A DNA stretch of 64,000 nt from an uncultured Eubacteriales bacterium (lineage in GTDB: Bacteria; Bacillota; Clostridia; Oscillospirales; UBA644). Position numbers and translations under genes: made by a program. Under the pieces are notes generated by a model, which saw nothing but the letters and a program-made list of their open reading frames with translations, did no database searches and was not told where the DNA came from. Location of the stretch: contig CAJLLT010000005.1 of the NCBI GenBank assembly GCA_905207625.1, forward strand, positions 23,344 to 87,343, read 5' to 3'. This document shows, piece by piece, positions 56,001-64,000 of this stretch. Position 1 is the first letter of the stretch. Every line of letters starts with the position of its first letter.

Positions 56001-57205
56001 AAATACTGTTTGCACTCGATCAGTTTTTTGATCCCAACAACGGCTTCACCATTTCCGCCCGACGTTATGCCAAGACCCTTCAGGACAGAGGCAACCAGGT
56101 CCGGATAGTGAGCGCGGGGCATCCGTCTCCGGAAGAAAAAGATATGAGCTATGTTATGGACAAGCTTACCGTTCCTTTCTTCGACGGACTTATAACCTCC
56201 CAGGGTATGACCTTCGCAAAACCGGATGACGATGTACTTCGCAAAGCCATTTCCTGGGCTGACGTTGTTCATTTCGTATCTCCCTTTGCCCTGTCCCATC
56301 ACGGAATAATGATATGCAGGGAGCTCGGAGTCCCTTTCACAGGAGCGTTTCATGTTCAGCCGGAAAATATAACCTCCTCAATAAACATGAACCGTGCAAA
56401 GGCGGTAAATGACGGTATTTATCACTGGTTCCACCATTATATATACCGGTACTGCGAACATATACACTGTCCCAGCAATTTTATCGCAGAAGAGCTCCGC
56501 CAGGCGGGATATACGGAAAAACTGCACGTTATCTCCAACGGTATTGACCCAGATTTCATCGGTCACAGACCTCACCCGGAACAGACGGACGGAACCTTCA
56601 ATATTCTTTCCGTAGGCAGGTATTCGGTAGAAAAAAGACAGGATGTGACCATACGTGCCGTTGCCCGGTCCAAATACAGGGACAGGATCAGCCTCACCCT
56701 GGCGGGTAAGGGACCGAAGGAGAAATATCTCCGGGATTTGGCGAAAAGCCTGTCCGTACCCGTAAAAATGGAATTTTTGCCTAAAGAAAGACTTATACAG
56801 GCGATTTCAAGGTGTGACCTGTACGTTCATGCGGCAGACATGGAAATAGAAGCCATGTCCTGTATGGAGGCTTTCGCCTGCGGACGTGTCCCCGTGATCG
56901 CGGACAGTGCAAAAAGCGCGACACCTCAGTTTGCACTGGACGAGAGGAGCCTTTTCACTGCCGGAGACAGTGAGGATCTGGCAAAAAAGATCGACTACTG
57001 GTACGAAAACACTCAGCAGAGACTGGAAGCGGAACAGAATTATGCCCTGCTGGGAAGTAAATATGATCTCAGAAACTGCGTTGCACAGGCGGAGGAAATG
57101 TTCCGGCAGGCGATAGAGGATTTCAACGGACAAAAAACCGACAATAAAAAATGCACCGTTCCCGTAGCGGAAAACGAAACGCTGACGGAAGCGGCGGAGG
57201 TCTGA
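55997..57205 (+). CDS. GT4-family glycosyltransferase (glycolipid-synthase-like)
   Basis: TTG start overlapping the XRE stop (TTGA), with a GAAGGTGA RBS. GT-B fold signature E..S..EA.ACG.PVIA (EIEAMSCMEAFACGRVPVIA). Confidence 0.8.
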   Translation: MKILFALDQFFDPNNGFTISARRYAKTLQDRGNQVRIVSAGHPSPEEKDMSYVMDKLTVPFFDGLITSQGMTFAKPDDDVLRKAISWADVVHFVSPFALSHHGIMICRELGVPFTGAFHVQPENITSSINMNRAKAVNDGIYHWFHHYIYRYCEHIHCPSNFIAEELRQAGYTEKLHVISNGIDPDFIGHRPHPEQTDGTFNILSVGRYSVEKRQDVTIRAVARSKYRDRISLTLAGKGPKEKYLRDLAKSLSVPVKMEFLPKERLIQAISRCDLYVHAADMEIEAMSCMEAFACGRVPVIADSAKSATPQFALDERSLFTAGDSEDLAKKIDYWYENTQQRLEAEQNYALLGSKYDLRNCVAQAEEMFRQAIEDFNGQKTDNKKCTVPVAENETLTEAAEV

Positions 57206-57967
57206 ATGTACGAAGAAAAACCACTTGAAACAGAAGAAGAAACCCTTGAAGCGGATGAAAACGGAAGAGTTTTCCATATGTGGGAACCTCTGTCCTTTAC
57301 CACGCCGCAGGGCTACGATTATCTGCATGACGGAAAGGTTTTCAGAATAGGTACAAACATTTTCCGTTTCATTGTAAAAGGAATACTGACTGTCCTGGAC
57401 AAGGCCCTGTTCGGCATTGAATACGAGGGAAAAGAGAATATAGACGCTCTTTCAGGCGGAGCGGTGACGGTATGCAACCACATACATCAGATGGACTGCA
57501 CCTTTGTGGATCATATTCTCGGACTCAGACGGATATATTTTATCACCATAGAAGAAAACTTCCGTATACCGGTAATCCGCCACATAGTTCTGTGGCTGGG
57601 CGGAGTCCCGCTTCCGAAATCAATGCACGGAATGAAAGAGCTGTTTGACTCCATGGGGACAGCCCTGCGGCGCGGCGATATCGTGCAGATCTACCCGGAG
57701 GGGATAATGTATCCGTACCATAAAGGTCTGCGGCAGTTCCAGAGCGGGGCGTTTCACCTATCCTGTGACAATGATGTTCCCGTCCTCCCCATGGTCATAA
57801 CACAGCATAAGCCCCGCGGAATTTTCCGTATTTTCAAGAGAAAGCCCACGTTGAAGCTGACCGTATTGCCGGCGATATATCCCGACACGACTCTTCCGAA
57901 AAGGCGCCGCGTTGAACAGTTGCAGAAACAGTGCAGAGAAGCCATGGAAAAAAAGCTTTCGGAATAA
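57206..57967 (+). CDS. PlsC-family (lysophospholipid) acyltransferase
   Basis: HxxxxD motif NHIHQMDC and the IYPEG block. The ATG abuts the GT4 stop. Confidence 0.75.
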   Translation: MYEEKPLETEEETLEADENGRVFHMWEPLSFTTPQGYDYLHDGKVFRIGTNIFRFIVKGILTVLDKALFGIEYEGKENIDALSGGAVTVCNHIHQMDCTFVDHILGLRRIYFITIEENFRIPVIRHIVLWLGGVPLPKSMHGMKELFDSMGTALRRGDIVQIYPEGIMYPYHKGLRQFQSGAFHLSCDNDVPVLPMVITQHKPRGIFRIFKRKPTLKLTVLPAIYPDTTLPKRRRVEQLQKQCREAMEKKLSE

Positions 57968-58028
57968 GCGGAACTTTTTCCGCTTTTTCCCGTCCAACAG
58001 ATGAATATTGACAGGAAGGGAGAACCCT

Positions 58029-59354
58029 ATGAAAAAGCTTATAGCCGTTTTTCTCGCCTCATTGCAGATCTTTTCCGCAACAGTCCTGTTTTCGGGATGC
58101 TCAACAACGAAAGGAAGTACCGATCTGATGAATGGTATAAAACCAGATATGCCCAAAGATGATAAGGAAAATCCCTTGCCGGTGCGACAGCTTTCCGAAG
58201 AGGAAAAAGAACAGTATACACGGGCGTGGACGGCTCAGTCGGAGTTTTCGCTGAAACTTTTGCAGGGCTGTATCCGGACTGAGAACAGAAATGTCACGGT
58301 AAGCCCTCTATCGGTTTATCTTGCCCTCGCAATGACCGCAAACGGCGCAAAGGGGCAGACCCTTACAGAGATGCTTTCCGCCCTGGGGTACGAAATCCCG
58401 GAACAGGAAGCGGAAAAAGTTCTGGAAGAAATGAATGATTCCCTCGGAGTTCTTATTGCCGGATTGCCGAAGGACAAAGAATGCAGTGTCCGGGTTGCTG
58501 ACTCCATCTGGTTCAAGGACAACGAAGGGCTTCATATCAACGATGAGTTTCTGAAAACAAACGCCCAATATTATGATGCCGGGGTATTCAAATCTGCATT
58601 TGACGACAAAACGCTCAGAGATATCAACAACTGGGTGAAGAAAAATACCGACGGAATGATAGACAGAATTCTCGACCGCCTGGATCCACAAACCGTGATG
58701 TGCCTGATAAATGCCCTTACTTTTGAGGCTTTATGGTCTACCCCATATGAGAAGTACAGTGTGGCGGATGCGGACTTTACCACCGGGAACGGCGAAAAGA
58801 GAACAGTGGAAATGATGTACGGTACGGAATACCGGTATATCGGAAATGACAAAGCCGCAGGATTCATCAAAGACTACAAAGGCGGGAAATATGCTTTTGC
58901 GGCACTGCTTCCGGAGGATGGGATCACATTGGATGAATTCGTGAATTCCCTTACAGCGGAGGAGCTTCGGGGAATGCTTTCGGAACCATCCCGGGAAAAA
59001 GTTGAAACCGGATTGCCCAAGTTTACCTGTGACTACAGCATTACCCTCAACAGACTGCTTCAGGACATGGGGATGACTCTTGCCTTCGGCGGTGACGCAG
59101 ATCTGTCCGGAATAGGGATCTCTGACGCGGGGCCCCTTGCGATTTCGGAGGTTCTGCACAAAGCTCATATAGAACTCAGCGAATCCGGAACAAAAGCGGC
59201 GGCTGTAACTGCGGTTATAGTGAACCCGACCAGTGCCTTTGACCCGGAACCTCCCAAGAGAGTAATTCTTGACCGTCCGTTCATGTATATGATCTATGAT
59301 ACGGAAACTCTTCTTCCTGTATTCACCGGTACGGTCACGGATATAGGAAAATAA
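58029..59354 (+). CDS. Serpin-family protease inhibitor, predicted lipoprotein
   Basis: Signal peptide with lipobox LFSGC. Serpin hinge ESGTKAAAVTAV and C-terminal RPFMYMIYD...LPVFTG. Start set to ATG 58029. Confidence 0.85.
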   Translation: MKKLIAVFLASLQIFSATVLFSGCSTTKGSTDLMNGIKPDMPKDDKENPLPVRQLSEEEKEQYTRAWTAQSEFSLKLLQGCIRTENRNVTVSPLSVYLALAMTANGAKGQTLTEMLSALGYEIPEQEAEKVLEEMNDSLGVLIAGLPKDKECSVRVADSIWFKDNEGLHINDEFLKTNAQYYDAGVFKSAFDDKTLRDINNWVKKNTDGMIDRILDRLDPQTVMCLINALTFEALWSTPYEKYSVADADFTTGNGEKRTVEMMYGTEYRYIGNDKAAGFIKDYKGGKYAFAALLPEDGITLDEFVNSLTAEELRGMLSEPSREKVETGLPKFTCDYSITLNRLLQDMGMTLAFGGDADLSGIGISDAGPLAISEVLHKAHIELSESGTKAAAVTAVIVNPTSAFDPEPPKRVILDRPFMYMIYDTETLLPVFTGTVTDIGK

Positions 59355-59372
59355 TCATAATTAAAAACAGCA

Positions 59373-59400
59373 AAAAGGTGCAGTTCCGGCTGCACCTTTT
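59373..59400. terminator. Bidirectional terminator between the serpin and SLOG genes
   Basis: Stem AAAAGGTGCAG / CTGCACCTTTT with a TTCCGG loop. Confidence 0.8.
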
Positions 59401-59452
59401 CATTTTACACTCCCGCCCCCGAAGTGACACCTCTTATCATCGGGGGAAAATT

Positions 59453-59974
59453 TCATACGCATTCCAGCAGCGGTCCGAGGTCTATCATATCAACAGGGAT
59501 ACCTCTTGACCGGGCATACATTACGGTATATTCCGTACCGCCGCTGCTTCCGTCCCACAGAGCGATAACGAAATCGGAATTATCCACCATGTACCGGTTC
59601 CGCCGCAACATACAGTCATAGGTGTACTCTTCCTGAAGAAGAACAATGCTGTCGCAACGGCGCAGAATGCTTTTATACCTCGCCTGATCCTGCTCAGACC
59701 AGCGGGAACACTGCCCCTTACAGGGAACAGCGGCTTCAAGACTTATCTCGGGATACTTTTCCTTCAGTTCAAGAACGGTCTCCGCCGCCCATATATCAGT
59801 ACCCAGTGCCATTCCGGAAATAAAACGATTTACGGCGGACAGAGTTATCATATCCTTTGTATGCTGATAAAGCGCTTTCCGGAGTTCCTTGTACCGCCAG
59901 TCATTTTCATTGAAGCCAAAAGGAAGTTTCTGAGGTCTGTGCCCGGTAAAGCAGCAGGTTCTGACTTTTTGCAT
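59453..59974 (-). CDS. SLOG-superfamily protein (DUF1273 / YpsA-like)
   Basis: N-terminus CCFTGHRPQKLP, then GMALGTDIWAAE and WDGSSGGT. Confidence 0.7.
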   Translation of the reverse strand: MQKVRTCCFTGHRPQKLPFGFNENDWRYKELRKALYQHTKDMITLSAVNRFISGMALGTDIWAAETVLELKEKYPEISLEAAVPCKGQCSRWSEQDQARYKSILRRCDSIVLLQEEYTYDCMLRRNRYMVDNSDFVIALWDGSSGGTEYTVMYARSRGIPVDMIDLGPLLECV

Positions 59975-60130
59975 AGTTCTCCTCCGTACCGGAGTATTCC
60001 TTTCTTCTTTTTCTGTACGGATAGAGTACCATGCAAATGCAACAAAATTGTTATCAAATTATCACTAATTGTGCAACAATCTATCAAATATCACATTTAG
60101 TAAACCAAAAATCCATTGTTTTTGACATTA

Positions 60131-60160
60131 AAAGACACCGCACTCACGTACAGTGTCTTT
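60131..60160 (-). terminator. Hairpin after the amino-acid ABC operon
   Basis: 8-bp stem AAAGACAC / GTGTCTTT with a 14-nt loop and a short T-tract. Confidence 0.4.
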
Positions 60161-60173
60161 AACTTGTGATATT

Positions 60174-61001
60174 TTAAAGAATCTTGTCGAGAAATGTTTT
60201 CGCGCGTTCCGTCTTGGGAGAGGCAAAAAATTCCTTGGGAGTGGTATCCTCTATTATTCTGCCCTCGTCAATGAAAAGGAGTCTGCTCGCAACCTCTTTG
60301 GCAAAATTCATCTCATGTGTCACGACAACCATCGTCATCCCGTCATCGGCAAGCTGCTTCATGAGATCAAGCACCTCCCCTACCATTTCAGGGTCAAGCG
60401 CGGAAGTAGGCTCATCGAAAAGCATAACCGAAGGATTCATCGCAAGAGCCCTGATAATAGCAATACGCTGTTTTTGTCCGCCGGAAAGAGTAGAAGGATA
60501 TGCGTCAGCCTTATCCTCAAGTCCGATACGGCGCAAAAGGGAAAGCGCCTTTTCCTTAGCCTGCTGTTTTATCTGCTTTTTAACGGAGGGTTTGGCAAAT
60601 ATTCCGCCGGCATTCTTTATCCCCAAATATACGGGGGCAAGCATTATATTCTGTAAAACGGTCTTATTATTGAAAAGATTGAACTGCTGAAAAACCATTC
60701 CGATGTGCTCGCGATGCTTGTTTATATCGACCCGCATATCCGCAATATCCACACCGTCAAAATAAATACTCCCGCCGGTGGGATCTTCCATACAGTTCAG
60801 GCAACGCAGAAACGTACTTTTTCCCGATCCGGACGGTCCGATGACGACCACTTTCTCGTTTTTGTGTATGACAGTGCTTATATCATTGAGAGCGTTCACG
60901 GTTTTCCTGCCGCTTTTGAAGGACTTCATAAGACCCTGAACAACAATAAGGTCATTCTCGCCTATCTCGGGGCGGGCAACTTTGTTTTCCGTCTTTTTCA
61001 T
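60174..61001 (-). CDS. Polar amino-acid ABC transporter ATP-binding protein (GlnQ-like)
   Basis: Walker [10 protein letters not shown], signature [15 protein letters not shown], Walker [12 protein letters not shown]. Start set to ATG 60999-61001 with an AAGGAGGG RBS. Confidence 0.9.
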   Translation of the reverse strand: MKKTENKVARPEIGENDLIVVQGLMKSFKSGRKTVNALNDISTVIHKNEKVVVIGPSGSGKSTFLRCLNCMEDPTGGSIYFDGVDIADMRVDINKHREHIGMVFQQFNLFNNKTVLQNIMLAPVYLGIKNAGGIFAKPSVKKQIKQQAKEKALSLLRRIGLEDKADAYPSTLSGGQKQRIAIIRALAMNPSVMLFDEPTSALDPEMVGEVLDLMKQLADDGMTMVVVTHEMNFAKEVASRLLFIDEGRIIEDTTPKEFFASPKTERAKTFLDKIL

Positions 61002-61014
61002 TTGAAATCCCTCC

Positions 61015-61722
61015 TTATCTGCGCTCCGTGCGGCGCATATATTTCTCAATCAGTTTAAATATAAGACTTATGACGAGCACGAGAACTATGTATATCAAAG
61101 CCATGAATGCGTAAGGCATGATAAACTCATAGTTCCGGACACCGATTTCATTGAAGACCTTGTAGAGATCCACCGCCGCAATAAAGCTGACTACCGAAGT
61201 ATCCTTTACCAGGGCTATAAATTCGTTGCCCAGGGTGGGAAGGATATTCTTTACGGCCTGAGGCACGACAATTTTGATCATGGTAGAAGTAAAGCTCAGA
61301 CCGAGTGCCCTTCCGGCCTCCATCTGACCGGGATCAACGGAAAGTATTCCCGCCCGCATTATTTCGGAAACATAGGCACCGCTGTTAAGTCCGAAAACAA
61401 GCACACAGGTGCGGAGAGAGCCGATGTTCACTCCCATAAGAGGGAAAATGACGTAATAGGCAAGAATAAGCTGAACAACTATAGGTGTACCCCGGAAGAA
61501 CCCGACATAACCGGTGCATATTGTGTTCAGTATACGGGGCATGACCTTATATTTGGGCATGACCTTGACCGCGGCAATCACTATACCGATAAGAATACCT
61601 ATCAGCAGGCCGCTGACAGCTATTATAAGGGTATTTTTCAAACCCTCGCTGAGAACACGCTTATACGCGCCCTCAACGTAAAAAGCCTGCCAGAATTTAT
61701 TCCAGAGCAAAGAATAATCCAT
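61015..61722 (-). CDS. Polar amino-acid ABC transporter permease (His/Glu/Gln/Arg family)
   Basis: Motifs [11 protein letters not shown] and the EAA-like [10 protein letters not shown]. Start set to ATG 61720-61722. Confidence 0.85.
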   Translation of the reverse strand: MDYSLLWNKFWQAFYVEGAYKRVLSEGLKNTLIIAVSGLLIGILIGIVIAAVKVMPKYKVMPRILNTICTGYVGFFRGTPIVVQLILAYYVIFPLMGVNIGSLRTCVLVFGLNSGAYVSEIMRAGILSVDPGQMEAGRALGLSFTSTMIKIVVPQAVKNILPTLGNEFIALVKDTSVVSFIAAVDLYKVFNEIGVRNYEFIMPYAFMALIYIVLVLVISLIFKLIEKYMRRTERR

Positions 61723-61796
61723 GGGGAAAAGTCCTTTCAAGTCTTAAAGACGAGGCTGCCGTCAGAGACGACAGTCCCGTCTTGTCCGAAGTTGTC

Positions 61797-62663
61797 TTAT
61801 TTACCGTTTACCGACTTGGATATTGCCTTTGCGGGAGCGTTGTCGACGACAACGTAGTCGATCTCTCCGTTGATCATAGCGGTAACGGCGAGAGCCGCAT
61901 AGTCATATGCCATCTTGGTTACGGGGATACCCTTGAAACCGTAGCCGTCGTCACCCTGATCAAGGTCGCCGGTTATGTAAGTCTCACCGGTGGTACCAGC
62001 CTGGCAGCCGATCTTATTTGCGGAGGTCAGCTTGTCAAGTATAGCAACAACGTCATCAGCGGTCTTGCAGTTGTCAAAAGTGGTATCATCAGCCCTTACG
62101 ATAAGCATCTGTGCCGCGTTGTAGTAAGAATCGCTGAAGTCAACAAGAGCCTGACGTTTTGCGGTGACGGTAAGACCTGCCATACCGATATCGCAGATAC
62201 CGGTCTGAACAGAGGTTACAACAGATTCAAACTTCATATCCTGAATGACGAGCTCTTTGCCCAGATAAGAGGCAAGACCGGCGGCGATCTCAAGGTCTAT
62301 ACCGTAGAACAGACCGGCGCTGTCTACCATCTCGAAGGGCTCAAAGCCGGTGGAGGTGGCAACGACAAGCTGATCCTTGCTTGTGTCAAGAGCCTTGGAT
62401 TCTACCTTTGTGGGGGTACCGTTGCCGAAGTACTTGTCGCAGATAGCGTCAAATGTTCCGTCTCCCTTGATCTTTGCAAGATACTCGTTTACATTGCTCA
62501 TAAGTTCCTTATCGGACTTGGAAACGGCGAAAGCATAACTTTCCTGAGACAGTTCGATGTCAACTACCTTAATTTTTGCGGAGCTGACGGAACCGGTGTT
62601 GCAGGCGCACAGAAGTACGACCATCATTGCAGCCGCGAGGACTGCTGCCATAATTTTTTTCAT
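61797..62663 (-). CDS. Amino-acid ABC transporter substrate-binding lipoprotein
   Basis: Lipobox LLCAC and the SBP family 3 pattern (VVATSTGFEPFE...GICDIGMAGLTVT). Confidence 0.85.
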   Translation of the reverse strand: MKKIMAAVLAAAMMVVLLCACNTGSVSSAKIKVVDIELSQESYAFAVSKSDKELMSNVNEYLAKIKGDGTFDAICDKYFGNGTPTKVESKALDTSKDQLVVATSTGFEPFEMVDSAGLFYGIDLEIAAGLASYLGKELVIQDMKFESVVTSVQTGICDIGMAGLTVTAKRQALVDFSDSYYNAAQMLIVRADDTTFDNCKTADDVVAILDKLTSANKIGCQAGTTGETYITGDLDQGDDGYGFKGIPVTKMAYDYAALAVTAMINGEIDYVVVDNAPAKAISKSVNGK

Positions 62664-62704
62664 GATTACTACCTTCCTTTTCTCGGTTACATTTTTTATA
62701 TATG

Positions 62705-62735
62705 AAAAAGCTCCGCCCGGTTAAAGCGGAGCTTT
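62705..62735 (-). terminator. Rho-independent terminator after the SPFH gene
   Basis: Stem AAAGCTCCGC / GCGGAGCTTT followed on the minus strand by TTTTCATAT. Confidence 0.75.
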
Positions 62736-62748
62736 AACTTTCGTACAA

Positions 62749-64000
62749 TTATTTTGTTATATCATTCTCATCAAATCTGTCGCCGCACTGGGGGCAGAAT
62801 TTCGGAGGATTCTTCGGATCTTCCGGTTCCCAACCGCATTTATCGCATCTGTACAAAGGTTCATCGGCGGGTTTTTTCTCTCCGCACTCGCTGCAGAACT
62901 TACCTTTATTCTCGGTTCCGCACTTGGCACAGGTCCAACCGTGCTTTTCCTCAGGCTTCTTTGCACCGCACTGGGGGCAGAAGTTTCCGGTATTCAGGGC
63001 ACCGCAGGTGCAGGTCCAGGTTGCCGCTGCGTCAGCCTTCGTAACAGGAGCCGCAGGAGCTTCCTTCTTCTCATAGGGCATATTGTAGTACTGCCCTATA
63101 TTGGCTGCATTTCCGGCATTGTTCACCATGCCGACACCCATGAAAGCGTTTACCGCGCCGTTTTCGTTCGCGGCGGCGGACTCCATGGCATTGGCAGTGG
63201 CGGTGCCGAGGCGGGCACCCATCATTCTTCCGTCGGTATAGACTCTGGACTCCTGGAATACCGCAATTTTCTTTGCGCTCTCCTCATCGGGAGCAACCTG
63301 AGCCACGGCGAATGATGAGACGGAAAGGCCTCTTTTTGCGCCCCACTCAGCGGTAAGTTCGGTATTGAGTTCGTCCCGGATGTCCTTGGTGAAAAGCGGA
63401 AGCTGATCATAAGAGATCTTCTTAAGCGCGATTCTGCCGAGGGCCGGCTGCATTGCCGCCTGAAGCTCAGCCTTGAGCTGGCTGTCGATGAGATCACGTG
63501 TATATTCGGAAGCAAAGTTTCCGCAGACGTTCTTGTAAAACATCAGAGGATCGGTGATCCGGTAGGAGTACTCTCCGTATGCGCTGATCTTCATGGTGAA
63601 GTCAAATTCGCTGTCACGGAACGGAACACCGCCTATGCCCCACTTATTGCCCATCAGTTCTTTTGTGTTGAAGTAATACACATACTGGCTGGTGGTGGGC
63701 TGGCCGCCGGCAACAAAGCGTTTGCCGACTTCCTTGAAAGAATCGATCAGTCCGGTAAAGCCTCCGCTGAGGAGTGAGGGCTGTGTACCGGTCTTGTAGA
63801 TATACTGTCCGGGTTCGGCACAGAAATCAACCACGAGCCCGTTTTCCACAATCGCCATGAACTGGCCGTCCGCGACATCCACCTTGGAGCCATCGGTTAT
63901 AACGTCCGGGCTGTATTTGGTATTGCTGCTCTTATTGCCTACGGTACGTTTTCCCTTACGGGCAAGAACGTTCATATCCATTGCGTCGCATTTGAAATAG
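62749..64000 (-). CDS. SPFH-domain protein (YdjI / virion-core-protein-like) with three C-terminal zinc ribbons; N-terminus outside the window
   Basis: The frame stays open past the first ATG (63981) to the window edge (..YFKCDAMDMN..). The C-terminus carries CTCGALNTGNFCPQCG, CAKCGTENKGKFCSECG and CDKCGWEPEDPKNPPKFCPQCG. Confidence 0.7.
   Translation of the reverse strand, partial: YFKCDAMDMNVLARKGKRTVGNKSSNTKYSPDVITDGSKVDVADGQFMAIVENGLVVDFCAEPGQYIYKTGTQPSLLSGGFTGLIDSFKEVGKRFVAGGQPTTSQYVYYFNTKELMGNKWGIGGVPFRDSEFDFTMKISAYGEYSYRITDPLMFYKNVCGNFASEYTRDLIDSQLKAELQAAMQPALGRIALKKISYDQLPLFTKDIRDELNTELTAEWGAKRGLSVSSFAVAQVAPDEESAKKIAVFQESRVYTDGRMMGARLGTATANAMESAAANENGAVNAFMGVGMVNNAGNAANIGQYYNMPYEKKEAPAAPVTKADAAATWTCTCGALNTGNFCPQCGAKKPEEKHGWTCAKCGTENKGKFCSECGEKKPADEPLYRCDKCGWEPEDPKNPPKFCPQCGDRFDENDITK

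Noticed and set aside
61782-62705. 307-aa + strand ORF opposite the ABC substrate-binding protein gene.
   Set aside because: It is the antisense of a clear lipoprotein SBP gene, and its composition is an artefact of Gly/Val/Asp codon mirroring.
1-64000. Scan for CRISPR arrays, IS elements or transposases, integrases, prophage genes and tRNA-flanking att duplications.
   Set aside because: I saw no regularly spaced repeats, no transposase-, recombinase- or phage-like ORFs, and no duplicate of the tRNA-Tyr/Thr 3' ends. This was an eye-only scan, so short or degenerate repeats could have been missed.

Overview
This 64-kb chromosomal window reads like a Clostridia-class Firmicute. That is an inference from gene content: ylbJ, the ecfA1-ecfA2-ecfT-truA block, the ylxM-ffh-rpsP-KH-rimM-trmD operon, AGGAGG-type RBSs and TTGACA-17-TATAAT promoters. 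I call 60 protein-coding genes (two cut by the window edges), one cupin pseudogene and a tRNA-Thr/tRNA-Tyr pair. I also call a set of rho-independent terminators and near-consensus sigma-A promoters. Housekeeping genes (helD, metG, gap, a Clp ATPase, pgsA, truA, the ECF module, pnp, rpsO, the SRP/ribosomal operon, rlmI, a small alarmone synthetase) alternate with carbohydrate-related accessory genes. The accessory genes are the fucI 3' end, three tandem GH27 genes, a GH36 alpha-galactosidase and an isomerase-kinase-mutarotase-aldolase operon with a divergent PocR/AraC regulator. They also include two large parallel-beta-helix paralogs flanking a Maa/LacA-type acetyltransferase. I saw no CRISPR array, transposase, integrase, rRNA or phage genes. 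The best candidate for something undescribed is the beta-helix/acetyltransferase module at 30.2-35.9 kb. It sits where rplS normally follows trmD and is bordered by a decayed cupin gene. Secondary candidates are the unassigned sugar catabolic operon (38.4-44.1 kb), a translationally coupled TPR plus nucleotidyltransferase-like pair, a His-less histidine-kinase-like protein, a Clp ATPase with a ClpX-like zinc ribbon, and a lipoprotein serpin. All family assignments come from motif recognition by eye. No database search, HMM or structure prediction was run.
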